In this document: positions 1 to 10,466 of the stretch, piece after piece
Numbering within the stretch: position 1 is the stretch's first letter
Layout of the letters: the number at the start of each line of letters is the position of its first letter
NCBI GenBank assembly: GCA_036677065.1
Contig: JAKFBS010000004.1
Location: 352,001 to 416,000 of the forward strand
From: Bdellovibrio sp.
GTDB taxonomy: Bacteria > Bdellovibrionota > Bdellovibrionia > Bdellovibrionales > Bdellovibrionaceae
Length of the DNA: 64,000 nt
Reading direction: 5' to 3'
The notes under the pieces: generated by a model
Told to the model about the DNA's origin: nothing
What the model saw: only the letters and a program-made list of their open reading frames with translations
The model's database searches: none
Program-made: the position numbers and the translations under genes

Positions 1-316
1 AGTGCGTTACGAGTTCTCCTTTAATTAAAGCAAATCTGCTTGGCACTACTTTTTCTGGATGCTCTTGAGCAAGGCTTTCTAGTTCTTTGAGGTCGTTAAT
101 TTCATCAGTGTAAAAGTTAATGTGAGTGTCATATCCGTCAGCAGAGTACGACACCCAGTATGTCTTCTTATTATTCGCCGGGATGTAGATTTTAGAAATT
201 TGGGATGGTTCGATTGTGACAGGCTCGCCGCGATAAGCTGATTTAAGGCTTTCCCAGCTGAGAATACGGCAATGGAGAGCCCGTAATTTAGATTTAGGCC
301 TGATTATCAATCCCAT
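1..316 (-). CDS. hypothetical protein, partial (runs off window start)
   Basis: Hand translation from ATG at 316 (MGLIIRPKSKLRALHCRILSWESLK...LIKGELVTH) has no stop before base 1; preceded by a sigma28-like promoter. Confidence 0.7.
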   Translation of the reverse strand, partial: MGLIIRPKSKLRALHCRILSWESLKSAYRGEPVTIEPSQISKIYIPANNKKTYWVSYSADGYDTHINFYTDEINDLKELESLAQEHPEKVVPSRFALIKGELVTH

Positions 317-324
317 AGCATTAC

Positions 325-351
325 TTATCGGAATTTAGAGCAAAAACTTGA
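325..351 (-). promoter_or_regulatory. FliA/sigma28-like promoter
   Basis: Minus strand reads TCAA-N15-TCCGATAA versus consensus TAAA-N15-GCCGATAA, just upstream of ATG 316. Confidence 0.6.
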
Positions 352-444
352 AATAATTCCCGGCACCTGTCAAAGCTTTGGACAGCATTTTTTCACTCTA
401 ATCCCATACCGAAACGCTCACGATTGGCGCACATTTCGTATTAT

Positions 445-528
445 AGAAAAGAGTCAGGCATCTTTAAAAATGACTGGTAGCCTCTTGTGTTTGAGCCCCT
501 CTCGAGCCAAGAGGTTTTTTTATTTTTT
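445..528 (+). ncRNA. candidate small RNA ending in an intrinsic terminator
   Basis: AGTCA/TGACT stem, then long stem CCTCTTG-GTTTGAG [CCCCT] CTCGAGC-CAAGAGG plus T-tract; no ORF. Confidence 0.45.
481..528 (+). terminator. rho-independent terminator
   Basis: 14-bp stem (with G-U pairs and one bulge) followed by TTTTTTTATTTTTT. Confidence 0.75.
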
Positions 529-544
529 GCCTAAAAAAATACCC

Positions 545-599
545 AGGTAACAGTTCCCTTTTTGATATGCACTGTGACGCATAAAGGAAACTGTTACCT
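545..599. repeat. 17-bp inverted repeat (REP-like extragenic palindrome)
   Basis: AGGTAACAGTTCCCTTT (545-561) / AAAGGAAACTGTTACCT (583-599), 1 mismatch; related single copy at 43959-43975. Confidence 0.65.
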
Positions 600-662
600 C
601 TTCTTTTCGCACACGATACCGTTATGGTCTATCGTATTTTGATTCGCGAAAGGATTCCGAAC

Positions 663-2042
663 GTGTCTGATATCAAGCCATCACCAATTCCTGAAATTAA
701 ACGTCTAAAAGATTTAAGTACTCTTGTGAGTTTATCAAAACGCCGTGGCTTTGTTTTTCAAAGTTCTGAAATTTATGGCGGTCTTGGTAGCTGTTGGGAT
801 TATGGTCCTTTAGGTTCATTAATGAAATTGAATGTTAAACGTGCGTGGTGGAATGCCATGACTCGTAGATCAGACATCGTTGGTCTTGATGCCGCGATTC
901 TTATGCACCCAACTGTTTGGAAAGCTTCAGGCCACGTTGATGGATTCTCTGATCCTTTAGTAGATTGCAAAGATTGTAAAACTCGCTTTCGTGCGGATAA
1001 CACAGATTCTTATATTAATAAAAAACAGTGCCCTGTTTGCGGAAGCAAAAACCTATCTGAAGAACGTCAGTTTAATTTGATGTTTAAAACTCACATGGGT
1101 CCTTTAGAAGATTCTGGTTCTGTGGTTTATCTTCGTCCAGAAACGGCGCAAGGCCATTTTGTGAATTTTCAAAACTGCCAACAGTCATCTCGTTATAAAA
1201 TTCCTTTCGGAATTGCAGCGATTGGTAAATCTTTTCGTAATGAAATCACGCCGGGTAATTTTATTTTCCGTACGCGTGAATTCGAACAAATGGAAATGCA
1301 ATACTTTGTAAAACCTGGAACAGATGAACAGTTTTTCAATGAATGGAAAGACCGCCGTTGGAAGTTCTATTTGAAATTCGGAATTCGTGAAGAAAATTTA
1401 AATTTCAAACCCCATGATAAATTAGCTCACTACGCGCGCGCAGCAGTTGACGTTGAATATAAATTTCCGATGGGTTTTTCTGAATTAGAAGGTATTCATA
1501 ACCGCGCTGATTTCGATTTAACTCAGCATGCAAAATTCTCTGGTAAAAACTTAGAGTACTTTAACGAAGCTGAAAAAGAAAAATTTATTCCCTACGTGAT
1601 CGAAACAGCCGTTGGTTGTGATCGGTTATTCTTAGCCTTTATGTGTGATGCATATCGCGAAGAAGTCACGACGACAAAAGATGAAACCGGTAAAACTTCT
1701 GAAGATGTGCGTGTGGTATTGGGATTACATCCTGAAATCGCTCCGTTTAAAGTTGCAGTACTTCCATTATCTAAAAAAGATGAGTTATCACTCCCTGCAG
1801 AAGGTTTACGTGACCAGTTAGCCGAAGACTTCGATGTGACTTACGATGAAACGGCGTCGATCGGTAAACGTTACCGTCGCCAAGATGAAATCGGAACACC
1901 ATTTTGTGTAACTTACGATTTTGAATCAGTTACTGATGGCGCCGTGACTGTTCGTCATCGTGATAAAATGACTCAAGAGCGTATTAAAATTAAAGAATTA
2001 AATGCTTATATCGCTGTTCAACTGAAACAGTTTAACCAATAG
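663..2042 (+). CDS. glyQS: glycine--tRNA ligase (alpha2 type)
   Basis: [47 protein letters not shown]; start set at GTG 663 after AAGGA (ORF track 624). Confidence 0.97.
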   Translation: MSDIKPSPIPEIKRLKDLSTLVSLSKRRGFVFQSSEIYGGLGSCWDYGPLGSLMKLNVKRAWWNAMTRRSDIVGLDAAILMHPTVWKASGHVDGFSDPLVDCKDCKTRFRADNTDSYINKKQCPVCGSKNLSEERQFNLMFKTHMGPLEDSGSVVYLRPETAQGHFVNFQNCQQSSRYKIPFGIAAIGKSFRNEITPGNFIFRTREFEQMEMQYFVKPGTDEQFFNEWKDRRWKFYLKFGIREENLNFKPHDKLAHYARAAVDVEYKFPMGFSELEGIHNRADFDLTQHAKFSGKNLEYFNEAEKEKFIPYVIETAVGCDRLFLAFMCDAYREEVTTTKDETGKTSEDVRVVLGLHPEIAPFKVAVLPLSKKDELSLPAEGLRDQLAEDFDVTYDETASIGKRYRRQDEIGTPFCVTYDFESVTDGAVTVRHRDKMTQERIKIKELNAYIAVQLKQFNQ

Positions 2043-2087
2043 GATCGGCCAGTGGCCGACCAATTAACAAATGAAGGGGATTGTGTG

Positions 2088-4751
2088 ATGGAGACTACAA
2101 ACACAAAAACTTATACGAAACCAGAGAAGTTTGTTTATTACTTTGCGGCCGGTGAAGCCGAAGGTAATGCAGGCATGAAAAACACTTTAGGCGGTAAAGG
2201 GGCAAACTTAGCAGAGATGACTGCTATCGGGCTTCCTGTGCCTCCGGGGTTTACGCTTTCAACTGACATCTGTACGGCTTATTACGCCGAAGGTGGAAAG
2301 CTTCCTGACTGGGTTAAACCTGAAGTCTTAAAAGCTTTGGCCCGTGTCGAAACTAAAATCGGAAAAAAATTCGGTGATGTTACAAATCCATTATTAGTGA
2401 GTGTTCGTTCAGGGGCTCGCGCTTCAATGCCTGGAATGATGGATACAATTCTTAATTTAGGTTTAAATGATCAAACAGTTGAAGGCTTAGCAAAGTCTTC
2501 AAATAACCCACGTTTTGCCTGGGATTCTTACCGCCGTTTTATTCAAATGTATTCTGATGTGGTGATGGGAATGAATTCATCATTGTTAGAAGTGACTCTT
2601 GAAGATCTAAAAGCCGAAAAAGGCCTTCACTTAGATACAGAGCTAACAACTGATGATTTAAAAAAATTAGTTAAAAAATTTAAAGACCTAGTTCAGCAAA
2701 TGACCGGTCAAAGCTTTCCGGCTGATCCGATGGAACAACTTTGGGGAGCGATCAACGCCGTATTTAAAAGTTGGAATACAGCGCGTGCGATCACTTACCG
2801 CGAATTGCACGACATCCCTGCCGCTTGGGGAACAGCCGTCAACGTTCAGTCGATGGTGTTTGGTAATTTAGGTGATGATTCAGCAACGGGTGTGGCATTT
2901 ACACGTGACCCTTCAACCGGTGCAAAAAAATTCTACGGAGAATTTTTAGTGAACGCGCAAGGTGAAGATGTGGTTGCCGGAATCCGCACACCACAGCCAA
3001 TTTCGCTATTAGCTGAAATTATGCCTGAGCCATATAAAGATTTAGAAACTATCTATAAAAAATTAGAAACGTATTTCAAAGACATGCAAGATATCGAATT
3101 CACAATTGAAAAAAATAAATTGTGGATGTTGCAAACGCGTAACGGTAAACGCACGGCAAAAGCCGCGCTCCAAATCGCGTGCGATATGATCGATGAAAAA
3201 ATGATTACTGAAGAAGAAGCGATTTTACGTTTAGATCCTTCATCATTAGATCAGTTATTACATCCGACATTAGATCCAAAAGCTTCAAAAACTATTTTAG
3301 CCAAAGGTTTACCGGCAAGCCCAGGTGGCGTTTGCGGGCAAATCGTCTTCACTCCAGAAGATGCTGTCGAGTGGAAAGAACAAGGCAAAAAAGTGATCCT
3401 AGTTCGCGTTGAAACTTCTCCTGAAGACATCGCGGGTATGGTTGCGGCCCAAGGGATTCTAACTGCTCGCGGTGGTATGACATCACATGCAGCGGTTGTT
3501 GCCCGCGGTATGGGTAAATGTTGCGTAGCCGGTTGTTCTGAAGTTGAAGTAGATTACACTAACGAACAAATGCGCGCCAAAGGTTACAACCTTAAAAAAG
3601 GTGATGTGATTACGTTAGATGGCAGCACGGGTGAGATTTACTTAGGTGAAGTTAAAACTATCGAACCAAAATTAGACGGCGTATTTGATCGTTTAATGAA
3701 AATGGCCGATGGCGTTCGCAGATTAAAAGTTCGCGCGAATGCAGACACGCCAAAAGATGCGCAAACAGCGCGTAATTTCGGAGCTGAAGGCATTGGCCTT
3801 TGCCGTACAGAACATATGTTCTTCGGTGCTGATCGTATTGATGCAGTTCGTGAAATGATTATCTCTGATACTAAAGTAGAACGTGAACGCGCTTTAGAAA
3901 AATTATTACCAATGCAAAGAGATGATTTTTATCAGTTGTTTAAAATCATGGAAGGCTATCCGGTAACCATTCGTTTGTTAGACCCACCATTACATGAATT
4001 CGTTCCGCACTCTGATGAAGAAATTCAAATTTTTGCAAAACGCGTAAACCTTGATGCCAATCGTGTAAAAGCAAAAATTCAAGCACTTCACGAATTTAAC
4101 CCGATGTTAGGTCACCGTGGTTGTCGTTTAGCAGTAACTTTTCCTGAAATCTATCAAATGCAATCGCGTGCCATCGCTGAAGCCGCGGCAAAGCTAACCC
4201 AAGAAGGCATGAAGCTTGTTCCTGAAATCATGATTCCGTTAATTGCGACAGCGAAAGAATTAGAAATCTTGCGTGCGCAAACTATCGAAGTGGTTGATAA
4301 GGTGATGAAAGAAACAAAAACTAAATTTGATTACCAAGTGGGTACAATGATTGAACTTCCTCGTGCAGCCGTAACGGCTCATGAGATTGCAAAACATGCT
4401 GACTTTTTTAGTTTCGGAACAAATGACTTAACACAAACTACGTTAGGTCTTTCGCGTGATGATTCAGGAAGATTCTTAGGAAGCTACGTTAGCCAGGGAA
4501 TATTTGCCAAAGATCCATTTGTAAGTATTGACCAGATTGGCGTAGGCACATTAGTTAAGACCGGTGTTGATTTAGGTCGTCAAACTAAAGGCCAACTTAA
4601 AGTGGGCGTGTGCGGTGAGCACGGTGGCGATCCGGAATCGATCGAGTTTTTTGAAAATGTAAATTTAGATTACGTCAGTTGTTCGCCGTTTCGTGTGCCG
4701 ATAGCACGCTTAGCCGCTGCTAAGGCCCACTTAAAAAGGAAGAAAAAATAA
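2088..4751 (+). CDS. ppdK: pyruvate, phosphate dikinase
   Basis: GGKGANLAEM, SMPGMMDT, GGMTSHAAVVAR (phospho-His), FSFGTNDLTQ, CGEHGGDP. Confidence 0.97.
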   Translation: METTNTKTYTKPEKFVYYFAAGEAEGNAGMKNTLGGKGANLAEMTAIGLPVPPGFTLSTDICTAYYAEGGKLPDWVKPEVLKALARVETKIGKKFGDVTNPLLVSVRSGARASMPGMMDTILNLGLNDQTVEGLAKSSNNPRFAWDSYRRFIQMYSDVVMGMNSSLLEVTLEDLKAEKGLHLDTELTTDDLKKLVKKFKDLVQQMTGQSFPADPMEQLWGAINAVFKSWNTARAITYRELHDIPAAWGTAVNVQSMVFGNLGDDSATGVAFTRDPSTGAKKFYGEFLVNAQGEDVVAGIRTPQPISLLAEIMPEPYKDLETIYKKLETYFKDMQDIEFTIEKNKLWMLQTRNGKRTAKAALQIACDMIDEKMITEEEAILRLDPSSLDQLLHPTLDPKASKTILAKGLPASPGGVCGQIVFTPEDAVEWKEQGKKVILVRVETSPEDIAGMVAAQGILTARGGMTSHAAVVARGMGKCCVAGCSEVEVDYTNEQMRAKGYNLKKGDVITLDGSTGEIYLGEVKTIEPKLDGVFDRLMKMADGVRRLKVRANADTPKDAQTARNFGAEGIGLCRTEHMFFGADRIDAVREMIISDTKVERERALEKLLPMQRDDFYQLFKIMEGYPVTIRLLDPPLHEFVPHSDEEIQIFAKRVNLDANRVKAKIQALHEFNPMLGHRGCRLAVTFPEIYQMQSRAIAEAAAKLTQEGMKLVPEIMIPLIATAKELEILRAQTIEVVDKVMKETKTKFDYQVGTMIELPRAAVTAHEIAKHADFFSFGTNDLTQTTLGLSRDDSGRFLGSYVSQGIFAKDPFVSIDQIGVGTLVKTGVDLGRQTKGQLKVGVCGEHGGDPESIEFFENVNLDYVSCSPFRVPIARLAAAKAHLKRKKK

Positions 4752-4753
4752 GT

Positions 4754-5443
4754 ATGCAAAGATTATTGTTAGTTGAAGATAATGAAGTTATGCGGGTGTT
4801 AGCCGCTAACACATTGAAAGAGTTTTCTCTTTCAATGGCTTCAACGTTAAAAGAAGCTCAAGTCTTAATGCAAACAAATACGTTTGACTTAATTCTTCTG
4901 GATATCGGATTGCCAGACGGGGATGGGCTTACTTTTTTAAATCACTTAAGCAATGCATCTGGTGCGCAAACGCCAGTGATTATTATTAGCGGTAAAACTG
5001 ATATTGCCAGCAAAGTGACTGCATTTTCTTTCGGGGCTGAAGATTTTATTTCTAAGCCCTTTGATCCTATCGAATTAAAAGCGCGCGTGTCGGCTAAGCT
5101 TAAAAAAATTGAACAGGCTAAAACTAGCTCTGACCAGTTAAAAATTGGCGATTTAATCATTACAGTCAGCAAACAAAAAGTGGTGATTCAATCCGGTGGC
5201 AATGATCAGATTCCTGTAGACTTAACAACGTTAGAATTTAAATTGTTATTGTCTTTAGCAAAACATCCGGAGCGCGTTTACACGCGTGAGCATTTGCTTT
5301 CAGAAGTTTGGGGTAATGATTTATCTGTAACTTTGCGCAGTGTTGATACGCACGTGGCACATTTACGTAAAAAGATTCATAAATCAAAAGTCAAAATTGA
5401 TACCGTCATTCGCAGCGGCTACCGCTTATTAATTAACTCTTAA
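4754..5443 (+). CDS. OmpR-family response regulator (no adjacent kinase)
   Basis: REC (VED, LDIGLPD, KPF) plus winged helix (LTTLEFKLL, SVDTHVAHLRKK, GYRL). Confidence 0.92.
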   Translation: MQRLLLVEDNEVMRVLAANTLKEFSLSMASTLKEAQVLMQTNTFDLILLDIGLPDGDGLTFLNHLSNASGAQTPVIIISGKTDIASKVTAFSFGAEDFISKPFDPIELKARVSAKLKKIEQAKTSSDQLKIGDLIITVSKQKVVIQSGGNDQIPVDLTTLEFKLLLSLAKHPERVYTREHLLSEVWGNDLSVTLRSVDTHVAHLRKKIHKSKVKIDTVIRSGYRLLINS

Positions 5444-5684
5444 TTTTGCGCTAAAAATCTACAGCTATATATGTAAGCTCTGCCGAAGGATAAGAAATGT
5501 GCAGCCTTATATATATAGACATGCAGCGTTGCAGCAAGGCTGATCAAAACTCTTAAAAGCAATTGTTTCATGATTGACTCACTATCCCGACCAAAGGACA
5601 GTTATAGGTAGTTATACGCTCTATATCGTGTCTTATGGATTTCATAAGACTATAAACCATTTTCTTCGCAAAAGGAGTTTTGCT

Positions 5685-8600
5685 TTGAGAATTAAAAAAC
5701 TAGAACTAATTGGTTTTAAATCATTTAAAGACCGCACAGTCATTCAATTCGATGCTGGTATTACTGGTATCGTAGGCCCCAATGGTTGCGGTAAATCTAA
5801 TATCGTAGATGCCTTAATGTGGGTCATGGGCGATCAATCTGCCAAAGACTTACGTGCATCACAAATGACAGATGTTATCTTCGCCGGAGCTGAGAACTAC
5901 GCTCCGCACGGTATGTGCGAAGTTTCATTAACATTAGAAAATGATGGCGGCCCATTCCCAGCTAAGTATTTAAAACATTCAGAAATCATGGTGACTCGTC
6001 GTCTACACAGAAATGGTGAAGGCGAATACTTTATCAATAAAGAAGCCGCTCGTTTAAAAGACGTGCAAGAGATCTTTATGGATACAGGTGCCGGCTCAAA
6101 AGGTTTTTCGATCATCGCCCAAGGTATGATCGGTAAGATCATTACATCTAAGCCAGAAGATCGCCGTATGCTAATCGAAGAAGCTGCGGGTATTACGAAG
6201 TTCAAAGCTCGTAAAAAAGAATCTCAACGTAAATTACAATCTACAGATCAAAACTTAGTGCGTTTACAAGACATCATCGGCGAATTAAAACGCCAAATTG
6301 ATTCTTTACAACGCCAAGCTCAACGTGCCGAACGTTACCGTAATATCAAAAATCAAATTGAAGATCTTGAATTGTGGTTATCATCAGCTCAATACGTTGA
6401 ACTTGCTCGCGCTGCTAATGAAGCACAAAAAATCTTTGATGAAGCCCAATCTTTAGAAGTGGGTTCTGAAGCTGACCTTGCAGGTATGCAAGCTCAATTA
6501 GAAACTTTAAAACTTTCTGTATTAGAGCAAGAAAAAGCAGTTGAAGATCGCCAGCAGGAATTCTTCAATCACCAGGGTTCAGTGCAAAAGAAAGAATTAG
6601 AAATCCAGGAATTACGCTTTACGCTTGAACAAGCTAAACGTAATGAACAAATGACTGGTTCGATACTAAACGAACAACAAGCTCGTTATGATCTGCTTTC
6701 TCGTGATCAAACAGCTCTTCAGGCTCAGGCTGATGAATTAAAAGAAGAATCAGAATACTTAGCTGAAGAATCAATTACAAAAGCTCAGGCTTTCAGTGAA
6801 AACCAAAAACGTTTTACTGAAATCGATGAAGATTTAACTGTTAAACGCCGTGAACAATTTGCCGTTGGCCAATCTGAATCAGCGTTAGATGCAAAATTAA
6901 ATTCTTTTACAGGTCAGCGTTCTGAAGTTGCTGATCGCGTAGCTGATGAAGAAGTAAAACTTTCTGAATTACGTGAAACACACCACGGGTTTGAAACCCG
7001 TCGTCGTAAAATCACAAATGAATTAGACAGCCAACGCCAACTTCAATTAGACCTTTCAAATGATGCTGAATCATTTGAAGCGAATAAAAAGATTTTGACT
7101 GAATCTGTTCAACGTAAACAAATCGAAGTACAGGAATTTAAAGACAATTTAAATGAAACAGCTTCGCGCCTTTACGGTTTAGAAAACTTAGCGCAAAACT
7201 TCGAAGGTTTCGAAGAGGGCGTTAAGCAAGTTATGCTTTGGTCAAAAGCCAGAACTGAACAATCACTAAATGCTGATGGAACTGTGAATGAAACTTTCCA
7301 TCCAGTGTCTGAAGTGATCGAAGTGCCAAGCGAATTCGAAATCGCTATGGAAGCAGCTCTTGGTTCTAAATTACAAATGCTTTTATCTAATAAAAAAGAA
7401 ACAGCTTTAGAGGCTGTTGATTATTTAAAAGAACAAAACACAGGTCGTTCGTCTTTCTTCGCTGCTCAGGGCGAAAAAGCTCACATGCCTGCAGGAAACC
7501 CGGAAGCAGAAGCTGGTGTTCTTGGTTTATTAAATAAAGTAGTTCGCTCTGACGCTCAATTTTCTGACTCGGTAGAAAACATTCTATCTGGGGTAGCCAT
7601 TGTTGATTCAATCCGTACGGCATTAGCATTACGTCCGAACTATTCAGGTTGGACTTTTGTAACTCCGGATGGTGATACTTTATCAGCTGATGGTGTAATG
7701 ACCGGTGGGTCAAAAGATTCTGCTGAATCAGGTGTATTAAAACGTCGTCGTGAAATTAAAGAATTAACTGATAAGAAAAACGAATGGTCTGGAAAAACGG
7801 CTTTAGCAACTGCTGCTTTAAAGAAAACTGAAGAGCAATTAGCTAACGTATTAAATGACTTTGAAGGTGCGCAAAAACGCCGTATCGAACAAGAAATCAA
7901 AGTGACTGAACTTCGTAAAGATTTAGAACGTGCTGATAATGAGTTACAACAAGCAGGTAACGCAGTTGAAAGACAGGACAAAGAAGTTCGCCGTTTAACT
8001 GAAAACTTAGCCATGCTTGATGAAAAGATTTCTGAAATGTCAGAAAATCTTGTGAATTTACGCACGAATAAAGTTGAACTAGAAACATCTATTGAATCAT
8101 TAACAAATGAGTTTGATTCAATGAAAGATGGTTTCGATGCGCAACAAGCTGAAGTGACTGATTTACAAATCAGATCAGCTTCTAAATCTCAGGAATACCA
8201 AGGTTTAATCCGCCAATTAGAAATGGTGACTAGACAGGTTAATGAATTATCGCACCAATTAAACCGTATGTCTGAAGAGGCAGAAGGTTACAATTCGCAA
8301 ATGACTGAAGGCTCGTATGCTTTAGAACAGGCGAAAATTGATTTCGAAAGAATGGTTGCTGACATTGAAGTTAAACGTTTAGATTTAGCCCAATTCAAAA
8401 ATCAATTTGAAATTGAAACGGCTGATATCCGCGAATTAGAAAATAAAACGATCACAATGCAACGTGAACGTAATGAACGTTTACAGCGTATGTCTGAGTC
8501 TCAATTGAAATTAGAATCAGCTAAAATGAAAGAACAAAACTTGATCGAGCAAACTCGTGAAAAGTACATGTTAAACCTTCCAGACGTTGTTGAAAAATAC

Positions 8601-9272
8601 ATTGGTCGCGAAGGTGATCCGGTTGCGGCTGTTGAAGAACTAAAAGAATTACGCGAAAAATTAGCTAAAATCGGTGAAGTAAACCTTTCAGCTATTGCTG
8701 AGTACTCTGAAACGCAAGAGCGTTACGAGTTCTTAACTAAGCAACATGCAGATTTAACTGAAGCGAAAGAGCACTTACGTAAAGTGATCGATCGTATTAA
8801 TAAAATCTGTTCTAAACGTTTCAAAGAAACTTTTGATCTTGTTAATGAACGTTTTCAAAAAGTATTCCCAGTTCTTTTCGGCGGTGGTGAGGCGATGTTA
8901 CAAATCGTCGAAAACGAAGAAAAAGGCGAAATGGGTATCGAAATTATCGCTAAACCTCCAGGTAAGAAAATGCAGAACGTAACCCTTATGTCAGGGGGCG
9001 AAAAAGCCCTTACGGCCGTCGCGTTAGTGTTCTCGATCTTCTTAGTTAAGCCGTCTCCATACTGTTTACTGGATGAGGTTGATGCTCCGCTTGATGATGC
9101 CAACGTATTCCGTTTCAACGATTTAGTTCGTGAGATGGCGAAACGTTCGCAAATCATCGTTGTGACTCATAATAAGCACACGATGGAAGTCGCTCAGAAG
9201 CTTTACGGTGTAACAATGCAAGAACGCGGTGTTTCAACGATGGTATCTGTGAGCCTTGCTGATATTAAGTAG
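5685..9272 (+). CDS. smc: chromosome segregation protein SMC
   Basis: GFKSF, GPNGCGKSN, coiled coils plus hinge, MSGGEK, LLDEVDAPLD; TTG start after AAGGAG. Confidence 0.97.
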   Translation: MRIKKLELIGFKSFKDRTVIQFDAGITGIVGPNGCGKSNIVDALMWVMGDQSAKDLRASQMTDVIFAGAENYAPHGMCEVSLTLENDGGPFPAKYLKHSEIMVTRRLHRNGEGEYFINKEAARLKDVQEIFMDTGAGSKGFSIIAQGMIGKIITSKPEDRRMLIEEAAGITKFKARKKESQRKLQSTDQNLVRLQDIIGELKRQIDSLQRQAQRAERYRNIKNQIEDLELWLSSAQYVELARAANEAQKIFDEAQSLEVGSEADLAGMQAQLETLKLSVLEQEKAVEDRQQEFFNHQGSVQKKELEIQELRFTLEQAKRNEQMTGSILNEQQARYDLLSRDQTALQAQADELKEESEYLAEESITKAQAFSENQKRFTEIDEDLTVKRREQFAVGQSESALDAKLNSFTGQRSEVADRVADEEVKLSELRETHHGFETRRRKITNELDSQRQLQLDLSNDAESFEANKKILTESVQRKQIEVQEFKDNLNETASRLYGLENLAQNFEGFEEGVKQVMLWSKARTEQSLNADGTVNETFHPVSEVIEVPSEFEIAMEAALGSKLQMLLSNKKETALEAVDYLKEQNTGRSSFFAAQGEKAHMPAGNPEAEAGVLGLLNKVVRSDAQFSDSVENILSGVAIVDSIRTALALRPNYSGWTFVTPDGDTLSADGVMTGGSKDSAESGVLKRRREIKELTDKKNEWSGKTALATAALKKTEEQLANVLNDFEGAQKRRIEQEIKVTELRKDLERADNELQQAGNAVERQDKEVRRLTENLAMLDEKISEMSENLVNLRTNKVELETSIESLTNEFDSMKDGFDAQQAEVTDLQIRSASKSQEYQGLIRQLEMVTRQVNELSHQLNRMSEEAEGYNSQMTEGSYALEQAKIDFERMVADIEVKRLDLAQFKNQFEIETADIRELENKTITMQRERNERLQRMSESQLKLESAKMKEQNLIEQTREKYMLNLPDVVEKYIGREGDPVAAVEELKELREKLAKIGEVNLSAIAEYSETQERYEFLTKQHADLTEAKEHLRKVIDRINKICSKRFKETFDLVNERFQKVFPVLFGGGEAMLQIVENEEKGEMGIEIIAKPPGKKMQNVTLMSGGEKALTAVALVFSIFLVKPSPYCLLDEVDAPLDDANVFRFNDLVREMAKRSQIIVVTHNKHTMEVAQKLYGVTMQERGVSTMVSVSLADIK

Positions 9273-9274
9273 GA

Positions 9275-10447
9275 ATGTCTGAATCACATTCGTATCAAAT
9301 GAATCTATTATTAATAGCCATTGCAGTACTTGCACTGGCTATTTTTATTCCAGTTATCTTATCCATCTTTAAAAAGAAAAAACCTTATACGCCTCCGCCT
9401 TTAGATAATGCACAGGCCGATAAGGTTTCGTTACACCGGACTGAGCCAGAACCCAAAGCTGAACTGCCAGAATTAATTGCCGAAACTACGCCACACGTTG
9501 AAGAAGATTTATCGTCAACAGCCACTATCGGCAAAGCGATGGAAAAAACTAAAGATAGTTTTTTTGGCCGCATTAAAAGTGCCTTCACAAATACCGATAA
9601 GAAAAAAGTTTTAGAAGAAATCGAAGAAGTTTTATACACGAGCGATTTAGGTCCAAAAACTGTTCAAAAACTTTTAGATAAAGTTTCATCATCTGACATG
9701 TCAGATATTTCGAAAGTAAAAGAATCACTTTCAGCTCAAATGCAGGAAATTCTTTTAGATATTCACGCTTCACAAAAAGATTCAAAATTAGTTTCTGATT
9801 TAATTCACAAACGCAGCGATGGCCCGATGGTGTTAATGGTTGTTGGGGTGAACGGTGCGGGTAAAACCACATCGATCGGTAAAATCACGGCTCAACTTGC
9901 CCATCAAGGTTTTAAAATCTTAGTCGCCGCAGGTGATACCTTCCGCGCGGCAGCCGGCGGACAGTTAAAAGTGTGGACTGAGCGCGCCCAAAACGCCAAT
10001 GGCCATGTTGAAATTTTCTGGCCAGATAATGTGACAGATCCGGCTGCGGTGGCGTTCGATGCAGTAAGTAAGGGTAAAGCTGGTCAGTATGATTTTGTGA
10101 TCTTAGATACAGCAGGGCGTTTACATACTCAGGGTCATTTAATGGATGAGCTTAAAAAAGTTAAACGTGTAATGGCGAAAGTTATTCCGGATGCGCCTCA
10201 TGAAACATGGATCGTGCTCGATGCAAATTCAGGACAAAATGCCCTTAATCAAGCGGTTGAATTTAACAAAGCCCTTGAGGTGACTGGCGTAATTCTAACT
10301 AAAATGGACGGTACGGCTAAAGGTGGCGTGGCTCTTGGAGTTGTTGATCAATTAGCAAAGCCAATTCGTTTAGTCGGTCTAGGTGAAAAAATTGGCGATT
10401 TAAAAGTCTTTGAACCAAAAGAGTACATTGATTCCATCTTAGGTTAA
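9275..10447 (+). CDS. ftsY: SRP receptor FtsY with N-terminal hydrophobic helix
   Basis: GVNGAGKTT, DTFRAAA, DTAGR, TKMDGTAKGG; synteny with smc. Confidence 0.96.
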   Translation: MSESHSYQMNLLLIAIAVLALAIFIPVILSIFKKKKPYTPPPLDNAQADKVSLHRTEPEPKAELPELIAETTPHVEEDLSSTATIGKAMEKTKDSFFGRIKSAFTNTDKKKVLEEIEEVLYTSDLGPKTVQKLLDKVSSSDMSDISKVKESLSAQMQEILLDIHASQKDSKLVSDLIHKRSDGPMVLMVVGVNGAGKTTSIGKITAQLAHQGFKILVAAGDTFRAAAGGQLKVWTERAQNANGHVEIFWPDNVTDPAAVAFDAVSKGKAGQYDFVILDTAGRLHTQGHLMDELKKVKRVMAKVIPDAPHETWIVLDANSGQNALNQAVEFNKALEVTGVILTKMDGTAKGGVALGVVDQLAKPIRLVGLGEKIGDLKVFEPKEYIDSILG

Positions 10448-10466
10448 GGGTTTAATAGATCCTTAG

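Noticed and set aside
361..662. T-box riboswitch upstream of glyQS
   Set aside because: No T-box consensus (GGTGGNACCGCG) or specifier stem before the terminator.
5444..5684. sRNA or small ORF between the response regulator and smc
   Set aside because: Only weak pairing and TA runs, no terminator; the ORF-track extension of SMC is not supported given the RBS at ~5672.
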